Position numbers and translations under genes: made by a program
Shown: piece after piece, positions 51,793-64,000 of the stretch
How positions within the stretch are numbered: position 1 is the stretch's first letter
How the letters are laid out: each line of letters starts with the position of its first letter
Notes under the pieces: generated by a model
What the model saw: only the letters and a program-made list of their open reading frames with translations
What the model was told of the DNA's origin: nothing
Databases searched by the model: none
Source of the DNA: Octopus vulgaris
Taxonomy: Eukaryota
Length of the DNA: 64,000 nucleotides
Direction: 5' to 3'
Assembly (NCBI GenBank): GCA_951406725.2
Contig: OX597832.1
Span: 5,084,001-5,148,000, forward strand

Positions 51793-54700
51793 AAGAAGAA
51801 ATATTGCAAAGCATTTTTTCAGCACTAATGTCTCTGCCAGCTTACTGTCTTACATAATAGCAATGATGATGATAATATCAAAGTACTGGCTTCATGTTAT
51901 GGTGAAGCCTAGTGCCCTCCTGTTAAACAATAAGTCCTATAATGTCACTAGATATCTAAGCCAAATTAACAAACCAGACCAACTAATGCTTATTTTATGT
52001 CCTCCTTCTTTTGATTATGCATAAAAAATATATTGTTTTGAAAAAAATTGCTTAACCAAGAATGAAGCACAAATACAAAGGCAAAAATGAATGAATGTAA
52101 AACAATGCTAACATTATATAACCCATAAGCCATGAATAACAATACAAATATGAATAGAAATAATCTCAGCCAAATGAAAATTTGTGAGAAATGTTGAGTT
52201 TTATGCCATCACGCTAGTAAGCATGTGTAATGCAAGTCAGAAGCCACGGCCACTGACAGAATGTCTGCTTCTCATTGCTAGTGTCTGTCAAAATAAAATG
52301 AAAACAATTAAAAGAGAGATGGACCAAAGAGCATCATCATCATCATCCAGTGTTTAAATCTGGGTTTTGTTCCCATTAAGTGGGGTGGTCGGATCTACTT
52401 CAATGCCATAGCAACCGCCCTCACACCGTCTCGCCATCTTGCCTGGTTTTGGGTGTCCTCGCTTCTCAAGCCATCCCGCCCAATCTCCTCCTCCACCTGT
52501 CCCCTCCACGTTTTAGCTTTTTTTACAGTCCCTTTACATTTTGTGAGATACTGTTGTCTGTGTATTTAGTATGCAGAATTCTCCTGAGATATTTTCTCTC
52601 AGCCCTATTGTTAAAAATATATGAGTATGATTTCTAAATTTGTCTCAATAATACAAGTTTTTCTGGGTGGGGTTTTAACACAATTGAAGAATTAATTTAC
52701 TCATTGACACCACTGCTGTTGTTTTGGAGGCAGGAGATGTATGAAAATTCCTAGGGAATAGATGAATGGCGAAGATTAAGAAATATTTAATGAAATATTG
52801 AAGTATCAATAAGAGATATTATTAACAAGTCTTGACTAGCATTAATGTATTGGTCTTACTACTACTACTACTACTAGCAGTAGTAGTAGTAGTAGTGGCT
52901 TGACTTATTTGCTCAAGTTCAATCAATTTGCATTAAAGATAATAGAAGCATTATATCAGGAGACAGTCATTATTTGCTGTCTTCAACAAAAGAGACTATA
53001 TTTTTAGATATTAGTCCATGATTAAAGTTATTTGCTAAACTCATGTACTCATACTGAAGATAAAGTACCACTTTTAAGGTTCTTTTTTTGTTTTCAAAAA
53101 TCACAATAACCTTAAATTGAGCATTGCCCATTGTTATTTACAAGCACAGTTCAATGTAAAAATTATTGATGAGGCACTAGAGATCAATATTTACTCAACA
53201 CGATCCCAACTTCTTTTCTTATCAAAAAAGAGAAAAGAGTTCTCAGACAGAAAATTCCGTATTTCTCATATTCTCTCCTTTTATTAGTTTTACTTACATA
53301 GCAAGTTGTTGCTATGCATATTTCCAACCCTGTTTTATTGTGGATCTAATTTTCTCTTGTCTGTGTGAGAAACAGTTTCTTTTTATTTACAAACATTTGG
53401 GAACAATCACCTAATTTTTTTTCTATTAAATTGTTCTGGAGGAGAGAGCTGTGCTCAAGGCCTTTGCAAGCTCTCTGAGACTAATGAGGTCAATGTATTA
53501 ACCCTTTAGTATTTAAACCAGCCATATCTGGCCAAAATATTCTACTTGTTTTAAGTTCAAACTAGCCTGATTTGGCTTCTCAGACTTACCCAACAATATC
53601 ATTCTAAAAATTAACAAGTAGGTACAAGAGTGGCTGTGTGGCAAGTAGCTTGCTTACCAACCACATGGTTCCGGGTTCAGTCCTACTGCACGGCAACTTG
53701 GGCAAGTGTCTTCTACTATAGCCTCGGGCCAACCAAAGCCTTGTGAGTGGATTTGGTAGACAGAAACTGAAAGAAGCCTGTCATATATATGTATATATAT
53801 ATATATGTATATATATATATGTATGTGTGTGTATATGTTTGTGTGTCTGTCTTTGTCCCCCCAACATCGCTTGACAACCGATGCTGGTGTGTTTACATCC
53901 CCATTACTTAGCGATTCGGCAAAAGAGACCAATAGAATAAGTATTAGGCTTACAAAGAATAAGTCCTGGGGTCGATTTGCTCGACTAAAGGTGGTACTCC
54001 AGCACTGCCACAGTCAAATGTCTGAAACAAGTAAAAGAGTAAATACCTCATCAAAATCTCAAATCTACAAAATAATGCATGATTAATTCAAAACAATCAT
54101 CATCATCGTTTAACGTCCGCTTTCCATGCTTGCATGGGTTGGATGATTTGACTGAGGACTGGCGAGCCAGATTATGCTGGGACACAGCCTTGAAGAACTT
54201 TTAGTTGAATGAATCAAGTCTAGTACTTTTTTTAAAGCCTAGTGCTTATTCTATTGATCACTTTTGCTGAACTACTAAGTAACAGGATATAAACACACCA
54301 ACACCCATTGTGAAGTAGTGGTTGGGGGCAAACCGACGAAACACACATAGATATATACATACATACATACATACATAAATCATACATTCATACATACATA
54401 CATCATACATACATGCATTTTTTTTTATTTATGCGCCTTTTTCAAGCCTAGCCAGACTCATGAGCCTGGTTTCCCAGTTTCTATGGCATATGTGTTCCAC
54501 CCAGCTAGATGGGACGCCAGAAGGAGTGAGAGAAAGTTGGGGCGAAAGAGTACAACAGGGATTGCCACCACCCCCTGCCAGAGCCTCGTGGAGCTTTAGA
54601 TGTTTTCGCTCAATAAATACACACAGTGCCTGGTCTGGGAATCGAAACTATGATCCTCCAACCACGAGTCCGCTGCCCTAACCACTGGGCCATTGCGCCT

Positions 54701-55029
54701 CCACACACATACATACATTCAAACAACGGGCTTCTTTGAGCTTCCAGCTACCAAACCCATTCACAAGGCTTTGGTTGGCTCTATGACACTCATCTAAGGT
54801 GTCGTACAGTGGGACTGAACCTGGAATCATTGAATCAGTTCTTATCCCTTCACCTCTGTAACACACAATGCTCTCAGACAGGTGTCATGCAGTGGTACTG
54901 AACCTGGAACTATGTAGTTGAGAAGCAAACTTCTTACCCCACAGCCATGCCTGCTCAAATCAATTATAAGAATGTACATGATCTAGTTCAACACTTGTCA
55001 GTCTAGTGTTGTGTGGATCCATCAAAGAT

Positions 55030-56660
55030 CTAAGAAAAGGTTAGATGTCTGTTAGAAAATGCAATGCAACATTGGAGAGTAATTGTTAGGAAAGAAAGAT
55101 TAGCAGATGTACAGATTAGAAAAAGAATCTTTCAAGTGGACAACCTCGCCTTCATATTTTGTTTGAAATAGCACAGATCATTTTGTCATTTATTCTAATT
55201 AAAGCTAAATACGATATTCTTTGGAAAAAAATTAGGGAAAAGTGAATTTTCATGGATAATTTAAAGCTTTATGGTAAAAACAACAATCAGGTAGATTATT
55301 TGGTTCAAACTATGAATATTGAGTTGTGACACTGGGATAAAATTTGGTATCAAGAAATGGACTGTGATAGACATAAAGCATGAAAAAATGTAAAAGTGTT
55401 GGAATCACTGTATCTGGTGTTAAAAATATCAATAGCTTAGATGTAGATGACTCATTGGTGATTTCAATTCCTGAACTGGGTTGTGTGCTGAGTTTTCGAG
55501 CAAGACATTTTATTTTGCATTGCTTGGTTTCACTCAGCTGTAGAAATGAGTTGTGACATCACTGGTGCTTAGCTGTATGGTGGGCTGCTGGTCTTCCATA
55601 AACAACCTTGCCTGAACTTGTGCCTCAGAGGGAAAATTTCTTGGTGCAATCTCATGGTCATTCATGACTGAAGGAATCTTTTATGCTTTTACCCTTTTTT
55701 AGGTGTAAAAGAAGCCTGTAAGTTTCTTGGAAAACTGGTAACTGATAAACTCAAGAGATTATTTTTGTATAATTAAGAAGAATTTAAAATCAAAATTGAA
55801 TGCAGGAAATATTATACAAGTAATCAACTTTGGGGCAGTACCACTAATAAGGTGATGGTTAGTATACTTTGGGAAGAGAAAGGAGGAACTGAAGAATAAA
55901 AGCAAGGAAGTGACTTGCAAGTAGTACAAGCAAGTGACTTACAATGCACAGAAGCATGTATTGTAATCAGATGTAAATACTAGAAAAGAACAAGAGGAAG
56001 AAGGGAGTTAATGAGTGTTGAAGAGTTTGTAGAATTATATAGAAAAAGAACAAGTCTAGGATTCTGCATGGAAGAGGAAAAAGTTCTTCATAAGAAGGTG
56101 GTGAAAGAAGGATTATTTACAAAGTTTGTTGGACCCCAATGGATAGTGTGTTGTGTAATTGATGTGGAATGTCCATTTAATACCAGAGGGAAGAAAATGT
56201 AGAATATTACACTCACTTGAAATATGGAATTCTCAACTACTTGAAGAAAGACGTTGGAAGGTCATGATCATACTAATTATCATTGGGACTTTTGGAATTG
56301 TGACAAAGAAGTTGTGAGTAATACTTGGAAAGCTAGACCTTAATCTGGGAGTGGGTGCAGAGCAGAAAAGTGTTCACATATTTACTTGATAAACACAAAT
56401 TATCTGGAAAGACTTTGATGCAAAGTAAGGACAGACATAGACAGCATGTCAAGATTTTAATAAGAACAAAGTTAATAATGTTTTTTGTTGTAGACTGCAT
56501 TCTGTGAGCCAATTGGAAGAGTAATTAAACTGGTTACAACATCAATACCATATAACAAAATAAATAAATAAATAAACCAGTCATGGGATTGGTTAAGAAA
56601 GGGAGACTTGAAGCGTGAAACTGAAAGTTTAATATTTCCAGTTCAGAACCAAACTCTAAA
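55030..56660 (+). mobile_element. Degraded R4/Dong-like (RLE-type) non-LTR retrotransposon scraps
   Basis: IFQVDNL (GIFQGDSL-like, ~55125), FMDNLKLYGK (~55250) and WLRKGDLKRETESLIF (~56590). Confidence 0.6.
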
Positions 56661-56707
56661 AACAAAATCTACACAAAAGAACATATATATATATATGTAT
56701 AAGTATA

Positions 56708-57577
56708 CAGGGTACAATGGGTAAATTGTCACCATTTTGTATTTTTAATTTTACACATACACATTGTTTGTTTTTGATTTTGTTGACTACACAGTATAGT
56801 AGGGTCAGTTGGGCACTGTCTTTGAGAAAAACAGCAACATGATACAATTCACTCTGCCAGAAATTTGGAAACAACATACTGTACTGCTTGGCATTTGCAC
56901 TAGAAGCTCCAATATGAACATTCTAGAGTGTTTGAGTATCAATCTGAGGACATGTACTGAGAGTAATAAAAATTAAACATCCAGTCAACATCATGGTGTG
57001 TGGAGTGATCAATAGTGATGGTGACATTATGCCTCCATTCATCTTCCCACACAGCATCAGACTCAACACAGAGGCCTTCATCAAGTGCCTGGAGGAGGTA
57101 GTGCTGCCCTGAATCAAAAGGGTGGCTGCTGGAAGACCCTATGTCTGGCAACAAGACTCTGCACCATACCACACAAGCAGGAGAACCCAGTCATGGCTGT
57201 TGGACAATTTCTGCGATCATATCACCCCTAACATATGGTCACCTAACTCCCCAATCTACAGCCCCCTTGATTATTATGTGTGGGTTGCAGTTGAACAAGA
57301 GAGCAACAAAACTCCTTGTAACACCAACGATGAACTGAAGGCAAGGATTATAACTGCATTCACCAACTTAAATAAGGAGACTGTCCAGAAGAGTTGCAGG
57401 AGATTCTGAAATCATCTGGTGGCTGTGGTTGAAGCCAGTGGTAATTTTATTGAATAAATTTACTCTTTAGTATTTTGAGATGATTTATATAATTTTGGTA
57501 AATATATGTTAAAATAAGATGTCAGCATTATTTTCATTTTTGCGTAATTCAGACGACAGTTTATTCACCGCATCCTA
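56708..57577 (+). mobile_element. Non-autonomous maT (DD37D) Tc1/mariner derivative
   Basis: Imperfect TIRs cagggtac.../...catccta flanked by TA; QQD to PLD spacing is 37 residues; internal deletion. Confidence 0.85.
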
Positions 57578-57658
57578 TATATATATATATATGCATATAA
57601 ATATATGTGTGTATATATGTATGATATATGTATATATGTATGCATATATTTATATATA

Positions 57659-57694
<36 letters not shown>

Positions 57695-57754
57695 TGTATA
57701 TATATATGTATATATATATATGTGATGTATATATATGTGTGTGTGTGTATATGC

Positions 57755-57812
<58 letters not shown>

Positions 57813-57816
<4 letters not shown>

Positions 57817-58230
57817 CATTGAAAGGTAGATCTAGTGAGATTGTAGAGATGCTTGAAGGTAATAGTGATGGAATAGGGGGTGTGGGCATACTTCTTGCAG
57901 AGAAATGGGTGGATAAGGTCATAGAGGTAGTGAGGGTGTGCAATAGAGTACTTAAACTCAGGCTAGTCTTGCAGAATGGTATAGTTGCAATTATCTCTGC
58001 CTACACCCCACAAGCAGACCTTCCAAATGGAGAGAAGGATTGATTTTATGATATTCTTCTGCAGGCTACTTCAGGCTACTCAAAGATGAGTGACAATGAT
58101 CTCATCTTTGTGGCTGGAGATTTTAATGGGCACGTCGGACAGCAACCTGGCATCTTCGCTGGTGTACATGGGAGCCATGGAGTTGGTACCAGAAATGAAG
58201 AGGGAACTAGGCTCCTGGAGTTCTGCGATG
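57813..58230 (+). mobile_element. RTE endonuclease-domain fragment, internally deleted
   Basis: Encodes [40 protein letters not shown] and RLLEFCD. Confidence 0.88.
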
Positions 58231-58764
58231 TATCCAGTGTAGCATATAGAATTGTTCACCCTTTACACATCCATGTAAAAGGCGGGCTTTTTCGAATTGC
58301 ATCTCAGTACAATATGTTTATTTGGAATAAAATTCAGCATTGAACATACTCCTGTTAAATTTACAATTTAAAAATAGGATAAAAGTGGACATTAAAACGA
58401 TGATGATGAGAATAATTCTAGGGTGTCCATGTGTGCAGCAGCAGCATCATCTTAGAAAGTGGTAACAATACCTCAGTGTGGACCTCACCTTAGCTTTTTA
58501 GAGCTGAAGCATCTGCTGGCTCTGAAGAAAATGGCCAGTTATTAGAATGTGATCTTAGCTACATTTGGTGGTGATGATGTCCAATATATGGAGTGACCAT
58601 TAAGTGTTCTATTTGTGGGCTGATTGTAATGGGTATCTTTGTGTTTTCTTCCCATTGAAAAAGAGACAAGATTGGTATATCTACAGTGGTGGTAGATGTT
58701 TCGTTGTCTGTATAGTAGATTATATTTTCATTTTCATTCCTTAGCAAATACAACATTTGCTTAA

Positions 58765-58969
58765 CCCTTTAGCATTTAAACTGGCCATATCCAGCCAAAA
58801 TATTCTACCTACCTTATATTCTGACCTCTCAGATTTACCCTACAATGTCATTCTAAAAATAAACTACCACATCATCAAAATCTTGAAGCTACAAGATAAT
58901 GCAAGATTAAATCAAAACAATGTGAATAAATAAACATCACATTTAACAGAAAATCTGAACACTAAAGGG
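58765..58969. mobile_element. piggyBac-type MITE
   Basis: TTAA|ccctttag ... ctaaaggg|TTAA. A related copy at ~53499-54095 is split by a SINE. Confidence 0.8.
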
Positions 58970-59597
58970 TTAAAATCTGAACACAAAGACCATAAAATAA
59001 AAAAAATAAATAAATGCGCCCTTTTAAAGCCTAGCCAGGCTCATGGGCCCAGTTTCCTGGCGTATGTGTTCCCCAGCTGGATGTGATGCTAGTCCATTAC
59101 TCATTTTTGCCAGCTGAGTGGACTGGAGCAACGTGAAATAAAGCGTTTTGCTCAAGAACACAATGCATTGCCCGGTCCAGGAATCAAAACCGCAATCTTA
59201 CGATCATGATGCTGACACCCTAACCACTAAGCCACATGCCTCCACCCATAAAATAATGATGGATTATTATTGTTGTTCCTTTGTTGTTGGTGCATTTTGA
59301 GAAATAAGAGTAATTGTTACTATTGTGTCAGGCTTTCCATCATAATATGCTTTAATCTCTTATCATCTTTTACATAATCTGAATAAGTATCTCTGAATAA
59401 TATATATGAGCATGTCTAGATATGTAACTATATGCATGAGAATACATACATAAAACATACATACATACACACAGAAACAAACAAACAAAAATACCCTGTT
59501 GTTGATATTGACATTCCAATGAAGGAACCTTGAATCTAGGTTAGAAACCGGTTCTTTCTCTGTTGGCAAGAAATCTTGAAATAGACTGAATAATGAC

Positions 59598-59674
<77 letters not shown>

Positions 59675-61610
59675 GAGATAGAGAGAGGCAGACAGACATA
59701 AGTTTTTGGCCAGCTTTGGCCCAAGCCATATCTAACTTAATAACACCCCTTTCACACAGTTTCCTTCTACCAAATTTACCCACTAGGCTTTTGTCAACCT
59801 GAGTCTGTAGTAGAAGATGCTTTGCCCAAGGTGCCATTCAGTGGCAGTGAACCTGGAACCATGTGGTTGGGAAGTTTGTTTCCCAAACTTCTTACCATAC
59901 AACCACACCTTCACTCTATTTATTTTCTTTCATAATATCTTTGTTTGAGCCTAGGAAGACATCTGTAACAGCATTCATTTTCTGAAGCATGAGATCTCCT
60001 AGCATTTAACTTCAAAGACAGGTTCAGGTATTCAGAGAAAAAAGAAAAAAAAGAAAGACGAAACTGAAATACACAAATATAATGTTGAATTATTTCAATA
60101 ATCTTAAGCTAAGTCATTAACATTTAATGAAAATGGAAAATTTCCCCTTGCTACAACCTACCAAACAAGTCTTGACAAGCATACAGCCTGTGATTAAAAA
60201 ACACTCTTGAGCTGCTTAGAATCTTACAAACAAAACAACATGTTCTTTATTCTTACCATTATGTGCTGAACACCGAAATCTTTTATGTCAACTTCTTGGC
60301 CTACTTCAGATTTGCTTTTATTTTATTCATCTATCACATACATAGACATGTGCATAGACACATGTACAAACACACACACGCACACACACACACACACACA
60401 CATCTGAATGGATGTATAGATATAACAGGAGAGCCAACTTCTGAGATTAGCTCAGTATTGTTACTAGGGCAATCAAGAATATGAAAGCACACAAAGTTAT
60501 AGATCCAGTTAGAATAGTTGGTAAAAAGAAGTGAAAAGCTTGATGATGTGTAGGTATTATGCTTATTACTTGGAAGTTAATCGAACTGTTTGGGGCTGGT
60601 TTCAAGTTTAAGGTATTCTAACAGTGACCATCTTGGTTTTCTATGGATATCTAGGTCTATGTTCTCTAACATGCCTTTTTTAACATAGCAGACTTTAAGA
60701 GGGAGTTTTGGTTGCTATTTCTTGCAACTAGACTGGTTATATAGACTCCCTTATTAGCTTGAAGTAAGTTGTGCAAACAAAATGTGTTATCATTATTGAT
60801 GTGAACAAAGAGGAGGTACAGGAGAGATCCCCTAGTCCAGTAGCTGAGACTTCAAGCTGATGGATGAAGTCTTGAAAGAATGTTAGGAAAGTTAGGAATT
60901 GGTTATCTAACATTGCCAGTGGTAGTGGTGATGGAGGTGTCTACAAGGGAAGAAACCATTCTGATTCTATATCCAAAGAGTTCAGAAACAAAACAGATAG
61001 AGGCATAATATACTTAGATTCAGTGCAAATTGCAGAAGTTCTATAACTATTTGAATATTTTACTACCTGTGGAGTGTTTGAATTTTTGAAGGTGACTCAT
61101 TAATTATCTGCAATACACTAATTGTTTTACTATTAGTAGAAAAATTAGTTGTACACGTTACTAGAAACAATCTCCTCCCTGTCACCATGATGAACATTTG
61201 TATTTGAAACATCGATTAAGTTATCATTGCTATTACATTAATCATTTGGCTGTCTATTAGCTCTAACAAAGAACTATGTCCAGTGATCCTTTTTCTGTGA
61301 GTTGAAGGTGTAGTAGTAGGAACCAAAATCCATCAAAGGCTTTCAGCTCACTATGGGAACAGGATTTTACTGAATTGTTTATAAATCTTTTACCTTTTAC
61401 TTGTTTCAGTCATTTTGACTGTGGCCATGCTGGGGCACTGCCTTGAAGGGTTTTAGTCACATAAATCAACCCCAGGGCTTATTTTTTTAAAGTCTAGTAT
61501 TTATTCTGTTAGTTTCTTTTACCGAACTGCTAAGTTAACATATCAACACCAGTTGTCAAGTACTGTGTGTGTGTGAAACAAAGACACACCCACATTGATA
61601 TATTCATATA

Positions 61611-61698
<88 letters not shown>

Positions 61699-62977
61699 CA
61701 TACATAAATATACATACATGTATATATCATCATCATCATTTAAAGTCCATTTTCCATGCTAGCATGGATGGGACTATATATATATGTGGTAAGAAGCTTG
61801 CTTCACAGCCACATGGTTATGGGTTCAGACCCACTATATGGTACCTTGGGCAAGTATTTTCTATTATAGTCTCGGGCTGACCAAAGCCTTGTGAGTGGAT
61901 TTGGGACATGGAAATTAAAATAAGCCAGTCATATATATATGTATGTGTGTGTGTGTGTGTTTGTCCCCCACCATCACTTGATAACTGGTGTTGGTGTGTT
62001 TACATCTTTGTAACTTAGTGGTTCTGCAAAAAGAGACCAATACTAGGCTTAAACAAAAAAATGTCCTGGAGTCAATCTGTTCCGCTAAAATCCTTCAGGA
62101 CGGTACCCCAGCATGGCCACAGTGAAATGACAGAAACAAGTAAAAAAGAAAAGATAAAAGATATATGTAGGGAATGGACAATATAATGGAAACACCTTAA
62201 AATGGAAACTGAAAGCCCATTATATATATGTGTGTGTGTATTTGTGTCTCCTTGTCTTGACACCATGTTAGTTGTAAATGAGTGTCACTGACATACAAGC
62301 AGTGTCATTCATTTCCAATATGCTGCAACAGCATGTCTGATCATGGGGAAATGGGTGAGGGTTGGCAACAAGAAGAGTATCTGGCTGTGAAAAATCTGTT
62401 TCAATAAAACTCCATGGGCCAGATGAAATTTAATAGAGATTTAAGAGTGGATCTCAGATATTATTTGATTTGTTAAAGCTTATAATAAAAGTTGTCAAAC
62501 TAGTGTATGTGCACCATTAGAGGTGCACACAAGAAGCAGTGGGGCTGTGTGAGATTTTGCAAACATATTGGTTTCAAGTTTTGGTTTAAATTTTGGCACA
62601 AGGCCGGTAATTCAAACTCAGTGCTTGGTTGGTACTTATTTAAAAAAGCAAAATTGGAATTTTGAAATGATCACTACCAGTTACTTATAAATGGTGCACC
62701 TTTAGGTGTAGTGAATAGTATTAATAAAAATCATCAAATGTTTTGTTGGCTTGCTTTTGGGGACCAAAGGAACTACTCAACTGGACCCAGACTAAAGGAA
62801 GCAAAAGTTTCTGGGAAAATTAATAGAACTACATCTTGACAGTGGGTATAAAGAAAAATAGGGATAAGAATAACAATAACAGCAACATCAGTGAAAACAA
62901 AAATCAGAAATAGTGCCAAAAAATTGTGCTGCTGCTGATGATAATATATCTATCTATCTATCTGTCTGCCTACCTGC

Positions 62978-63561
62978 CAGCAGCAGAATTGTTAGCATAC
63001 TGGATGAAATGCTTAGTGGTATTTCGTCTGCCGTTACGTTCTGAGTTCAAATTCCGCCGAGGTCGACTTTGCCTTTCATCCTTTCGGGGTTGATAAATTA
63101 AGTACCAGTTACGCACTGGGGTCGATGTAATCGACTTAATCCCTTTGTCTGTCCTTGTTTGTCCCCTCTGTGTTTAGCCCCTTGTGGGTAGTAAAGAAAT
63201 GTGTATTTCACCTGTCTTAATGTTCTGAGTTCAAGTTTTGGGATCAATAAATTAAGTACCAGTCAAGTATTGGGCTCAATGTGATTGACTTACCCCTTCC
63301 CCACAAATTTCAGGCTTGTGCCTATAATAGAAAGGATTATTATCATTATTATTGTAAGGTGGTTAGCTGGCAGAATTGTTTGAGCTTCAGAAAAAAATAC
63401 CTTGCAGCATTTGCTTTGATTCTTTACTTTCCGAGTTCAATTACTGCTGAAGTCATCTTTGCATTTCATCCTTTCTGGGTCAATAAAATCAAGTACTGGG
63501 GTGAATAGTATAAAGTAATCACCTCCCCTCAGAACCGTTGGACTTCTGCCTAAATTAGGAA

Positions 63562-63616
<55 letters not shown>

Positions 63617-64000
63617 CATTTGCCTGTCACTACGTTCTGAGTTAAAATTCCACCGAGGTCGACATTGCCTTTCATCCTTTCGAGGTCGATAAATTAAGTA
63701 CCAGTGAAACACTGGGGTTGATGTAATCAACTAGTCCCCTCCCAACAAATGTGAGGTCTTGTGCCTCCAGTAGAAAGGATTATTATTATTATTATTATTA
63801 TTAAAGTGGCAAGCTGGCAGAATCATTAGTACACCAGGCAAAATGCTTAGTGGTATTTTGTCAGCTGTTACATTCTGAGTTCAAATTCTGCCGAGGTTGA
63901 TTTTGTCTTTCATCCTTTCAGGGTCAATAAAATTAGTACCAGTTATGCACTGGGGTCAATGTAATTGACTTAATCCCTTCTCCCAAATTTCAGGCCTTGT
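62978..64000 (+). mobile_element. Cluster of about 5 SINE family B copies (Nin/Deu-domain-like)
   Basis: B box gagttcaaattcc plus gcctttcatcctttcggggtcgataaattaagtacc; some copies separated by (ATT)n. Other copies at ~16955, 20433 and 51215-51520(-). Confidence 0.75.

Overview
AT-rich, microsatellite-rich eukaryotic DNA. The SINE/RTE repertoire suggests an animal, most likely a coleoid cephalopod such as Octopus (inference). Only one host exon is recognisable: a 98-bp internal exon of RABL2 on the + strand (49665-49762). Its neighbouring exons were not found, so most of the window is probably very long intron. The rest is transposon debris: two large RTE LINEs (one nearly full length, with a PHD finger in the ORF) and many truncated 3' ends; decayed Penelope-like elements; BovB-like and R4/Dong-like LINE scraps; mariner, Tc1 and maT remnants; hAT, piggyBac and pogo-type MITEs; Helitrons; and at least three tRNA-derived SINE families. 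The main signal outside the ORF track is a dense, diverse set of about 13 type I hammerhead ribozyme motifs on both strands. These include a retrozyme-like partial tandem with a monomer of about 406 nt, a head-to-head palindromic double hammerhead, hammerheads with a long stem II and a palindromic stem III, and repeat families with non-canonical cores. All folds and identities were judged by eye, and no activity has been tested. Almost all short ORFs in the track are microsatellite or antisense artefacts.
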